16,972 nucleotides of DNA from Abditibacteriaceae bacterium (GTDB lineage: Bacteria > Armatimonadota > Abditibacteriia > Abditibacteriales > Abditibacteriaceae). Positions 7,427-14,956 of the stretch are shown here, piece by piece (within the stretch, counting starts at the first letter, position 1; each line of letters begins with the position of its first letter). Location: NCBI GenBank assembly GCA_031425655.1, contig JANPJS010000320.1, forward strand, positions 1 through 16,972. The letters run 5' to 3'. A program made the translations under genes and the position numbers. The notes under the pieces were generated by a model. It was given only the letters and a program-made list of their open reading frames with translations. It did not search any database and was not told the DNA's origin.

Positions 7427-8167
7427 TCAGCGTTCCCACGAGCGGCGCTCGCTGGAATATTCAACGGGAGTGTTGTAGCTGGAGGCGAACGAAGAGGCCG
7501 CCGATGCCGGGGCCGGCGGTGTGTTGGCCGATGAAGCCATCGGCGGCGGCGCGGCGCCTTCTTCGACTTCGCGGAAGAAATGGTCGCGATTGGCGGCGTA
7601 ATCAGTTTCGTCGCTGGTGATTTCAAACTCGGACGGAGTGAAAAGGAAAATCATCTCGCCGAGTTTCATGGCGTGGCCGGGTTGGCCGTCGGCGCCGTCA
7701 ATGCCGTAGCACACGCCGCTCATGAAATCCACGATGCGAATCGCCGTGACGCGGTCAACCGCTTCGAGATTGACAATGACCGCCGAGCCTGTTTTCAGGC
7801 AATCGGCGGCAACGGTGGCCTCGTCGAGGCGCTTGGGTTTGATGGTATAAATGTTCTTTTCCCGCCCGCGCATCGCCGGACTAACCGCGTGCAACCGTCG
7901 CACGGCGGGCGCACCGTAGCCGCCTTTGCCGCCCGTCGCGGGAGTGAAAGCCGGGGCGGTGGCGGGCTGCTTTTCACCGTAAGAAGAGGAGCCGGCGGAT
8001 GCACCGCTTGCTGCTCCGTAGCCGCTCGCAGCGTAAGCGCCGGAGTAATCGGGGCGATAAGCCTCGTCGCTGTCGGCCCCGTCGTCGGCCCCGTCGCGCG
8101 CATAATCGTCTTCGTCGCCGTGGCCCCAAATGTTCTTAATGCTGCGAACAGCGTCTGAGAAACCCAT
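7427..8167 (-). CDS. sepF: Cell division protein SepF
   Basis: Core IKPKRLDEA..AADCLK.GSAVIVNLE......A.RIVDFMSG..YGIDG...K.GE.IFLFTP. Typical yggS-sepF-proC context. GGAGG SD. Confidence 0.92.
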   Translation of the reverse strand: MGFSDAVRSIKNIWGHGDEDDYARDGADDGADSDEAYRPDYSGAYAASGYGAASGASAGSSSYGEKQPATAPAFTPATGGKGGYGAPAVRRLHAVSPAMRGREKNIYTIKPKRLDEATVAADCLKTGSAVIVNLEAVDRVTAIRIVDFMSGVCYGIDGADGQPGHAMKLGEMIFLFTPSEFEITSDETDYAANRDHFFREVEEGAAPPPMASSANTPPAPASAASSFASSYNTPVEYSSERRSWER

Positions 8168-8182
8168 GATTTGCCTCCAAAG

Positions 8183-8214
8183 TGTGATGAAATCTGCGAT
8201 GCAGTAGTGTGATG
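8183..8214 (-). promoter_or_regulatory. Three CATCRCA direct repeats upstream of the sepF RBS
   Basis: TGTGATG 8183-8189, TGCGATG 8195-8201 and TGTGATG 8208-8214 on the + strand; matches the ftsW leader. Confidence 0.5.
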
Positions 8215-8256
8215 TTTGTTGTAAAAAGAAGGCTTTTCAGCTTTCTACTCGTTGTT

Positions 8257-8967
8257 TTAGCGTTCGCCAAAAAGCGCAGTGCCAATGCGTATCAGCGTTG
8301 CGCCTTCTTCGATGGCAACCTCGAAATTATTCGACATTCCCATCGAAAGTTCTGCTGTTTCCGCTTCCAGCAGTTCATTTTCCAATAATGCGTCGCGCAG
8401 CGTGCGAAGCTGATGAAAATACGGCCTGCTGCGTTCGGCGTCTGGCTCGAAGGGCGGCAGGCACATCAGACCGCAAACTCGCACGTTCGTCAGCTTCGCA
8501 CAAAATCGCGCCAGATTTTCCAATTCCTGCGGCGCGCATCCGGCTTTTCCGGCTTCGCGGCCCAAATTCACCTGCAAAAGCACGTCTTGCACTTTGCCGA
8601 TGCCTTGCGCCGCGCCATTAAGCGCCTGAGCCAGCGCAACGCGGTCTACGCTGTGAATCATGTCAAACGCGCCGACGGCCTGCCGGGCTTTGTTGCTTTG
8701 CAAGGCGCCGATTAAGTGCCAGCGTGCGGATTCGCTTTGCAGCGCGGCCATCTTGGCCAAGCCTTCCTGAACGTAGTTTTCGCCGACTTCGGCCAGTCCT
8801 GCGTGCAGAAATTCGCGCAGCCGCTCGGCAGAAACGGTCTTTGCGGCGCCGACAAGTGCGACAGTTGACAAATCGCGTGCGCCGCGTTCGCACGCACGCG
8901 CCATGCGTGCGTGCAGCGAATCTAAGCGGTCTTTAGCAATCAAGGTGCGTGAATCGTGAGCGGTCAC
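8257..8967 (-). CDS. yggS: YggS family pyridoxal-phosphate homeostasis protein
   Basis: LVGAAKT, GENYVQE, WHLIGALQSNK, IHSVD, LLQVN..E..KAG, GLM, LSMGMS, AIEEGATLIRIGTALFG. Start uncertain; GTG 8967 is preferred. Confidence 0.95.
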   Translation of the reverse strand: MTAHDSRTLIAKDRLDSLHARMARACERGARDLSTVALVGAAKTVSAERLREFLHAGLAEVGENYVQEGLAKMAALQSESARWHLIGALQSNKARQAVGAFDMIHSVDRVALAQALNGAAQGIGKVQDVLLQVNLGREAGKAGCAPQELENLARFCAKLTNVRVCGLMCLPPFEPDAERSRPYFHQLRTLRDALLENELLEAETAELSMGMSNNFEVAIEEGATLIRIGTALFGER

Positions 8968-9059
8968 CGAATCATGGCCCAATATACCACGGATGCACGG
9001 CAGACGCAAATTCCGCCGTCAAAGCGCGGTTTTCGCATCCTTATATGAGCGGTTCGCGT

Positions 9060-9089
9060 TTGCCGCTACGATAACAAGCGTGATATGAT
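9060..9089 (+). promoter_or_regulatory. Putative sigma70-type promoter for the nucleotide-sugar dehydrogenase
   Basis: TTGCCG (9060-9065), 18-nt spacer, then extended -10 TG-a-TATGAT (9081-9089). Confidence 0.5.
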
Positions 9090-9154
9090 TTAACCCGCGT
9101 TGGCAGCATGAAAAATGGCCCCGACGCATATCTTTGCGATAGGGATAAAGTTTC

Positions 9155-10570
9155 ATGCCGGATGTTTCGACCGCCGATGCGCCTCAGCAGAATCAGCCTG
9201 TTGATTCCATACGCGCTTCAACGAATAACGGGTCGGCCCTCAACGGGTCGGTTCCTCATTCTTCGCCCCATTTATCTCAAATTCTCGACAAAATCGCCAC
9301 GCGGCAGGCCATTATCGGTGTCTTGGGCTTAGGTTATGTCGGACTGCCTTTAATTACCGCGTTCGGTAAAGCCGGTTTCAAAACCGTTGGCTTCGATCCG
9401 TATCAGCCGACGGTGGATTTGCTGCAACGCGGCGAATCTCACATCGGCGATGTAGATTCTGCCGTTGTGAAGGAACTGGTGCAAGCCGGAAAGTTCACCG
9501 CCACCGCCGATTTCGCGCAATTGGACGAATGCGACGTGGCCATCATTTGCGTGCCTACACCACTAACGCCGACGCGCGACCCGGATTTGAAATACGTGGT
9601 TTCGGCCTGTGAAGCTGTGCGCGATCACTTGCACGCGGGAATGCTGGTGGTGCTGGAAAGCACGACTTATCCGGGCACAACCGATGAAATCGCCCGGCCT
9701 TTATTAGAAGCGACCGGACTGAAAGCAGGACACGGCTTCTTTCTCGCTTATTCGCCGGAGCGCATTGATCCGGGCAACGAGCAGTTTCCGGTTCATAAAG
9801 TGCCCAAAGTCGTCGGAGGCCACGCGCCTTGCTGCCTTGAAGCCGCCTGCAAGCTTTACGATAGCGTGGTCGAAAGCACCGTGCCGGTTTCCTCAACGCA
9901 AGCCGCCGAATTGACCAAGCTGCTGGAAAACATTTTTCGTTCAGTCAACATTGCTCTTGTCAATGAAATGGCGATGCTTTGCGACCGCATGGAAATTGAT
10001 ATTTGGGAAGTCATTGACGCCGCAGCGACCAAGCCTTACGGATTCACGAAATTCACGCCCGGCCCCGGTTTGGGCGGGCATTGCATCCCGATTGACCCGT
10101 TTTATCTGAGTTGGAAAGCGCGCCAGTTTAATTTCCAGACGAATTTCATTGAATTAGCCGGCGAAGTGAATCACGAGATGCCGCGTTTCGTAGTCAACAA
10201 GCTGATGCGCGCCCTCAACGACGAAGGCAAAGCTGTGCGCGGCACGCGCATCGGACTGCTCGGCATGAGCTATAAGCCCAACGTCGGCGACTGCCGCGAA
10301 TCGCCGTCCATCGAAGTCGCCGAATTGCTGCACGAATTGGGCGCCGAACTGCTTTATAACGATCCTTACGTCCAATCCGTAGCGATTGGCGGGCAGACGC
10401 TCACCTCGCAGGCGCTCGACGACGTGCTGAACGCCGATTGCGTGGTGCTGCTGACCAATCATCGCGATTACGATTACGAAGCGTTGGCGGGCAAAGCGCG
10501 CTTGATTTTAGACACGCGCAACGCCTTCAAAAGCGTTAAAAACCCGAAAGCGCATATCATCAAGCTGTAA
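9155..10570 (+). CDS. UDP-glucose/GDP-mannose dehydrogenase family, WbpA/WecC-like UDP-N-acetylhexosamine 6-dehydrogenase
   Basis: GLGYVGLP, ICVPTP, LESTTYPGTT, YSPERIDPGN, KLLEN.FR.VNIA, GPGLGGHCIPIDP (catalytic Cys), YKPNVGDCRESP. The ~40-aa N-terminal extension makes the exact start uncertain. Confidence 0.93.
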   Translation: MPDVSTADAPQQNQPVDSIRASTNNGSALNGSVPHSSPHLSQILDKIATRQAIIGVLGLGYVGLPLITAFGKAGFKTVGFDPYQPTVDLLQRGESHIGDVDSAVVKELVQAGKFTATADFAQLDECDVAIICVPTPLTPTRDPDLKYVVSACEAVRDHLHAGMLVVLESTTYPGTTDEIARPLLEATGLKAGHGFFLAYSPERIDPGNEQFPVHKVPKVVGGHAPCCLEAACKLYDSVVESTVPVSSTQAAELTKLLENIFRSVNIALVNEMAMLCDRMEIDIWEVIDAAATKPYGFTKFTPGPGLGGHCIPIDPFYLSWKARQFNFQTNFIELAGEVNHEMPRFVVNKLMRALNDEGKAVRGTRIGLLGMSYKPNVGDCRESPSIEVAELLHELGAELLYNDPYVQSVAIGGQTLTSQALDDVLNADCVVLLTNHRDYDYEALAGKARLILDTRNAFKSVKNPKAHIIKL

Positions 10571-10587
10571 AAACGCCGGAAGTCGGA

Positions 10588-10633
10588 CAAAAGCCAACGC
10601 CGCGAGGAAGATTCCTCGCGGCGTTGGCTTTTG
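10588..10633. terminator. Bidirectional rho-independent terminator
   Basis: CAAAAGCCAACGCCGCGAGGAA-ga-TTCCTCGCGGCGTTGGCTTTTG between convergent genes. Confidence 0.88.
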
Positions 10634-10653
10634 CGATGTCGGACGGCTTACGT

Positions 10654-10890
10654 TTACGCTTTGGCGGCGACGCGCTTGGCCAGACGGCTCTTTTTACGAG
10701 CGGCGGCATTTTTGTGCATAATGCCTTTGGCGCAGGCGCGGTCAATCTGGCTTTGCGCGGCGCCGAAGCTGCCTTCGCCGGCCAGAGCTTTTTTGGTTTC
10801 GGTTTTAATACGTGTCTTAGCGATCTGATTCCGCAGCGCACGCTTGGCGCTCTGTCGCAGCCGCTTTTTCGCTGATGCAAGATTGGGCAT
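10654..10890 (-). CDS. rpsT: 30S ribosomal protein S20
   Basis: MPNLASAKKR.RQ..KR..RN...K..IKT..KK and IDRA..KGI.HKNAAARKKSRL. GAGGAG SD. Confidence 0.97.
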   Translation of the reverse strand: MPNLASAKKRLRQSAKRALRNQIAKTRIKTETKKALAGEGSFGAAQSQIDRACAKGIMHKNAAARKKSRLAKRVAAKA

Positions 10891-10922
10891 TCGTCAATTC
10901 TCTCCTCAATAAGTCCGCTCAC

Positions 10923-10951
10923 ATTTTACCGGGTGACGCGCGGCGGCGCAA
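10923..10951 (-). promoter_or_regulatory. Putative sigma70 promoter of rpsT
   Basis: Minus strand TTGCGC (10951-10946), 17-nt spacer, TAAAAT (10928-10923). Confidence 0.7.
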
Positions 10952-11390
10952 GCGTTACGTCATCTTCTTGCATTTCGCTTGGCGGATACAAATCTAAATC
11001 TATGTCCAAACCAAGCCTGCCGACTCTCAAAAGCAAATCAGCAGGAAAATGCGCCCCGCCTTGCCCATTATCTGATCCGAACCCTAAAAACAATTGCGCT
11101 TCAACGCCCGGCAGTTGAATTATCTTTTGAAGTTCTTCGCTTTTGCTTTCCAAAACTTTAAGCATAAATTCAATTTGCTCTGCGAACTCAACTTCACGAC
11201 TGAACTGAGGACGGAACGACCAAATGTTCGTTGGTAAAAGCCCATAATGCGGATTGTCCGCAATATGCCTTCCTTTACGCCCAATATAATCAGGCTTTAA
11301 TCCTAACCTGTCCTCGATTTCATCTATTGGTAGTAGGTCTCCCATCAGACGCAACGACAGGCGATACCACTTGCGATCAGATTCACTCAT
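10926..11390 (-). CDS. DUF4279-like protein (154 aa), AT-rich
   Basis: LSLRLMGDLL..DEIEDRLGL.P..IG.KG, W, and ..F..DLL.R...LG..ID.DLY pattern recalled for DUF4279. Visibly more AT-rich than its neighbours. Overlaps the oppF stop. Confidence 0.72.
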   Translation of the reverse strand: MSESDRKWYRLSLRLMGDLLPIDEIEDRLGLKPDYIGRKGRHIADNPHYGLLPTNIWSFRPQFSREVEFAEQIEFMLKVLESKSEELQKIIQLPGVEAQLFLGFGSDNGQGGAHFPADLLLRVGRLGLDIDLDLYPPSEMQEDDVTLAPPRVTR

Positions 11391-12354
11391 TCTTCATTTC
11401 CTCGCTGAAATGGCACGCCGCAAATTGGCCCGGTTCGATTTCGCGCAGCGTAGGCACAACATTGAGGCACTGCGCGGGAATTTCGCCGTTTTGCGCGAGA
11501 TTGCGGGCCAAAGCGCAGCGCGATGCGTAACGGCAGGCGGTTTCAGAAGAGGAAAGCGGCAGCGGTTCGACGGGCGAATGCAGCGCCCGCGCCGGGTCGG
11601 GTTCGGGCACGGCTTCGAGCAGAGCGCGCGTGTAAGGATGGCATGGCGCGCGATACAACGCGGCAACCGGCGCAATTTCGACGATAGTTCCGCGATACAT
11701 CACCGCCACACGCTGCGCCATGTGCCGCACGACGGCCAAGTTATGCGAGATAAAAAGGTAGCTCAAACCGTGTTCACGCTGAAGTTTCTGCAGCAGTTGG
11801 ACGATTTGCGCTTGCACCGAAACATCAAGGGCGGAAACCGGCTCGTCCAGCACGATAAGCTGCGGCTGCACGGCCAAAGCCCGTGCGATGCCGACGCGCT
11901 GGCGCTGTCCGCCCGAAAACTGATGCGGATACCGCTCCGCCGATTGCGCGTCCAACCCGACTTCAACCAGCAAACGCGCGACGTTTTCTCTCACTTCATG
12001 GCGCGGCACGATTTTATGAATCAGCAGCGGTTCGGCGATAGCTTGTCCGACTGTCAAGCGCGGATTGAGCGAGCGAAACGGGTCTTGAAACACAATCTGC
12101 GCGCGGCGTCGAAACAACTTCATCTCGCTGGAGGCGACGACTTTTCCATCGAGCAATACTTCGCCACCGTCGCGCGGCAGCAAATGCAGAAGCAAACGGC
12201 CTAACGTGGATTTTCCGCAGCCGCTTTCTCCGACCAAGCCCAGCGTTTCGCCGCGCGCGATGCCCAGCGACACGTCGTCCACGGCGCGCACCGGAGCCGC
12301 GCCGCCGCGAGAGGGAAATTGCTTGACCAGATTGTGCGCTTCGAGAAGGAACAT
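11383..12354 (-). CDS. oppF: Oligopeptide/dipeptide ABC transporter ATP-binding subunit (OppF/AppF/DppF type)
   Basis: Walker A GESGCGKS, QIVFQDP, RYPHQFSGGQRQR, Walker B LDEPVSALD, ISHNL, HPYTRALL, and C-terminal CRYASRC..C..ACH. Confidence 0.92.
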   Translation of the reverse strand: MFLLEAHNLVKQFPSRGGAAPVRAVDDVSLGIARGETLGLVGESGCGKSTLGRLLLHLLPRDGGEVLLDGKVVASSEMKLFRRRAQIVFQDPFRSLNPRLTVGQAIAEPLLIHKIVPRHEVRENVARLLVEVGLDAQSAERYPHQFSGGQRQRVGIARALAVQPQLIVLDEPVSALDVSVQAQIVQLLQKLQREHGLSYLFISHNLAVVRHMAQRVAVMYRGTIVEIAPVAALYRAPCHPYTRALLEAVPEPDPARALHSPVEPLPLSSSETACRYASRCALARNLAQNGEIPAQCLNVVPTLREIEPGQFAACHFSEEMKNE

Positions 12355-12357
12355 TGG

Positions 12358-12437
12358 GAGTTTTGAGTTTTGAGTTTTGAGTTTTGAGTTGCCGCCATGA
12401 ACCTTAACTCAAAACTTAAAACTCAAAATTCACAATT
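12358..12437. repeat. Inverted pair of 7-bp tandem repeats (GAGTTTT/AAAACTC), copy 2
   Basis: (GAGTTTT)4-GAGTT, a loop, then AACTCAAAACTTAAAACTCAAAATTCACAATT. Fills the kinase-oppF gap. Confidence 0.92.
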
Positions 12438-12439
12438 CT

Positions 12440-13432
12440 TTAAGCGATTTTCTGCGCTAAAAGTGCGGCGCCGAAAGCGGCGTCGTGTTGCGGGCGCACC
12501 ACGCGCCAGTTGGATAATGGTAAAAACTCGCGCTTCATTTCGACCATGCGCTCGCCGGCCTGAAAGCCGACACTGGCGCGAAAAGTATCGTCTTCGAATA
12601 AGCCGCCACGCAGCGTAATGAGCAGTTCCAGCGGCTCCGGCGCGAAAACGCCGGCCCGTTCGCGCCGGCGATGCAGCATTGCTCGCGCCGCCGCCGCCGC
12701 CGTATTGCCCAGATGTTGAATAGCGCGCTGGCGAATATCCAATGAAGGCGCATCGCCGCTTTCGGCGGCAGCAAACACCAAGCCCGCCAGCCCGGCGAGA
12801 ACGTCGCGCGTGGTTTCGGGCGCATGAATCAAGGGCACGAGCTGCTCGATACTTGTAATGCCTAAGGCGTGAAAAATCGGCGGCGCGAGGCGCGTGCGCG
12901 GGCCGCGTCCATCTTCGGCGCGGCAAATCGCGCGCAAAGCTTCGAGGCCAATCCAGTAGCCGGAGCCTTCGTCGCCCAGCAGCGGCCCCCAGCCGTCGGA
13001 ATAAAAGCGGTCGCCGTGTTCGTCGGCGCCGTAAGCGATGGCGCCGGTTCCCGCGCTGAGAACCACGCCCGGCCCGCCCGCGAAGGCTCCGGCGTGCGCC
13101 GCCGCCACATCGGTATCGAGGTAAAAAGGCTTGCCGCGCGTGATGGAACGCAGAGCGTCTTCCATTTTGGCGGCGTCTTTCATGCGGCGCACGCCGGCCA
13201 ATCCGAAGCCCCACGCCGTGATTTCATCGCGCGAAAGTTCGGGCGCAATGCGCTTGGCGTCGGTGAGTGCAGCGTCGGCGGCGATCAGGCAGTTTTGCGC
13301 GGCGATTTCGGCCCCGGCAACGTAGTGATTACTGGCCCCCGCGCTGCCGCGCCCGATGATTTGCAGCGACTCGTCCAGCACCACGGCACGAGTGCCGCTG
13401 CCGCCGCCGTCCACGCCCACGAAGAACTTCAT
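12440..13432 (-). CDS. BadF/BadG/BcrA/BcrD ATPase family, N-acetylglucosamine/MurNAc kinase-like
   Basis: VGVDGGGSGTR, GASN, GLAG, DTD..AAHAGA, LSAGTGAI, DGWGPLLGDEGSGYWIG, L.GGLF. Confidence 0.9.
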   Translation of the reverse strand: MKFFVGVDGGGSGTRAVVLDESLQIIGRGSAGASNHYVAGAEIAAQNCLIAADAALTDAKRIAPELSRDEITAWGFGLAGVRRMKDAAKMEDALRSITRGKPFYLDTDVAAAHAGAFAGGPGVVLSAGTGAIAYGADEHGDRFYSDGWGPLLGDEGSGYWIGLEALRAICRAEDGRGPRTRLAPPIFHALGITSIEQLVPLIHAPETTRDVLAGLAGLVFAAAESGDAPSLDIRQRAIQHLGNTAAAAARAMLHRRRERAGVFAPEPLELLITLRGGLFEDDTFRASVGFQAGERMVEMKREFLPLSNWRVVRPQHDAAFGAALLAQKIA

Positions 13433-13446
13433 GCCTTGAGTTTAGA

Positions 13447-13544
13447 AGAAGACGAGGGAAAGAAGACAGAAGTCAGAAATCAGAAGATGCGCGTCAACTT
13501 CTATCTTCTGATTTCTGACTTCTGTCTTCTTTCCCTCGTCTTCT
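13447..13544. repeat. Perfect 42-bp inverted repeat built of 7-bp units (AGAAGAC/AGAAGTC/AGAAATC)
   Basis: 13447-13488 is the exact reverse complement of 13503-13544, with a 14-nt loop. Confidence 0.93.
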
Positions 13545-14941
13545 CACTCCTCGTTCCCACACTGATGCCGCGAAATGCCCAGCACTTGTCCGATGGCGAA
13601 AAGCATCACGATCAGGCCGGAGCCGCCATACGAGAGTAGCGGCAAAACCACGCCCGTCACGGGCAAAAGTCCGGTCACCACGCCCGTATTGGCCACGACT
13701 TGCAACGCCAGCAGCGAGCCGACGCCGGCGCAAAACAAGGCTTCAAACGAAGTCGCCGCGTTGTGGCCGATCTGGAAGCAAAAGAAGATCAGAGCGCCAA
13801 ACGCGCTGAGCAAAATCATCGTGCCGAGCAGTCCCCATTCTTCGCCGATAATGGCGAAAATGAAGTCGGTGTGCGGCTCCGGCACATGACCGTGCTTGTA
13901 AAACGACATTCCCGGCCCGGCGCCCAATAATCCGCCGCGACGCAGCGCGTTCATGCCCTGATCGGCCTGATAATTGGCGTCCTGAAAATCTTTCTTTTTG
14001 GCGGAATTATCATCGGAATGGCGCACCACGAAAGCGCGAATGCGTTCCTGCTGATAATCTTTGAGGCCCGGACATTTTCCGGCCACGCACAGCGCGACAA
14101 CGAGCGCCGCAACAGCCGCCATGCCGCCGAAGATTTGCGCCATGCGCTGCCACGGCGCGCCCGCGAAAAACGCCATGCCGCACGGCAGCAATAAAAGCAG
14201 CATCGCCGCCGACAAATGCGGCTGCAAAAACACTAATCCCACCAGCGGCAGCGCGATGATCCAACCCACCAGCCACGGTTGAAAAGAGCGGCGTTCGCGC
14301 GGCATGAGGTGACTCCAATAGTGCGCCACGACGCCGATTAAAGCGATTTTAGCCACCTCCGACACTTGAAACGTCAGCGGCCCCAGTTTGAGCCAGCGCT
14401 GAATGCCCTGAAGGTCGGCATGGCCCAGCGGCCCCCATTTGGTGAAAATCAGACCAACAATACACGCTCCGTAAAGCCACTGCGCGAGGCGTGGCATCTG
14501 CTGCGGCGCGAGGCGTGAAGCGACAAACATGACAGTCAATCCGATGCCGACGAACATCATTTGACGCAGCAGAAAGGCATCGGAGGTCGAAGCCGAGTAG
14601 ATGAGCGGAATCGAAATCACCGCCAAAAAAATGCTGATGCAAGTCAAACCCCAATGCGCGGGCGGGCACTTTTTCAAACGCGCTTCGTCGCGCGCTTCCT
14701 GCGCCTCGACGCGTATGCGCTGCGCTTCGACGCGTATGCGCTGCGCTTCGATTTGCTGCGGCGAAACCTCGACGCGCGGCCTTTCGCGCACGCTTTCCTG
14801 CCAGCGGTGCCGCGCGCTGCGCCGGTGCGTGGCGGGTGGCGCAGCGGCGCTGCCGTCTAAGCGATTCGCACGGCGCGGCGCGGATTCAGAAAGTTTGTCG
14901 GGGGTGTCGAACTGGGCGGGCGGGCCGGTGGGCGGGCGCAT
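13544..14941 (-). CDS. ftsW: SEDS peptidoglycan glycosyltransferase FtsW
   Basis: IYSAS, RQ, G.QRWL.LGP.TFQ.SE.AK, LQPHL, YQ.ERI.AF, YQ, GG..G.G.G, PEPHTDFIFAIIGEEWG, LLPVTGV.LP.LSYGGS. Follows murD. AAGGAG SD. Confidence 0.93.
   Translation of the reverse strand: MRPPTGPPAQFDTPDKLSESAPRRANRLDGSAAAPPATHRRSARHRWQESVRERPRVEVSPQQIEAQRIRVEAQRIRVEAQEARDEARLKKCPPAHWGLTCISIFLAVISIPLIYSASTSDAFLLRQMMFVGIGLTVMFVASRLAPQQMPRLAQWLYGACIVGLIFTKWGPLGHADLQGIQRWLKLGPLTFQVSEVAKIALIGVVAHYWSHLMPRERRSFQPWLVGWIIALPLVGLVFLQPHLSAAMLLLLLPCGMAFFAGAPWQRMAQIFGGMAAVAALVVALCVAGKCPGLKDYQQERIRAFVVRHSDDNSAKKKDFQDANYQADQGMNALRRGGLLGAGPGMSFYKHGHVPEPHTDFIFAIIGEEWGLLGTMILLSAFGALIFFCFQIGHNAATSFEALFCAGVGSLLALQVVANTGVVTGLLPVTGVVLPLLSYGGSGLIVMLFAIGQVLGISRHQCGNEE
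14706..14751. repeat. 21-bp in-frame tandem duplication in the ftsW N-terminus
   Basis: (TCGACGCGTATGCGCTGCGCT)x2 plus TCGA; encodes EAQRIRV twice. Confidence 0.9.
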
Positions 14942-14956
14942 GAAACGGCTCCTTGC

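Noticed and set aside
10582..10644. GTCGGAC direct repeats flanking the terminator as a target-site duplication
   Set aside because: Only 7 bp and asymmetrically placed; the hairpin is adequately explained as a bidirectional terminator.
11371..12204. 277-aa plus-strand ORF
   Set aside because: Typical antisense shadow of an ABC ATPase gene in GC-rich DNA.
12423..13639. Long overlapping ORFs 12423-13214 and 12869-13639
   Set aside because: Alternative-frame or antisense shadows of the BadF kinase, with Arg/Ala-biased composition and no motifs.
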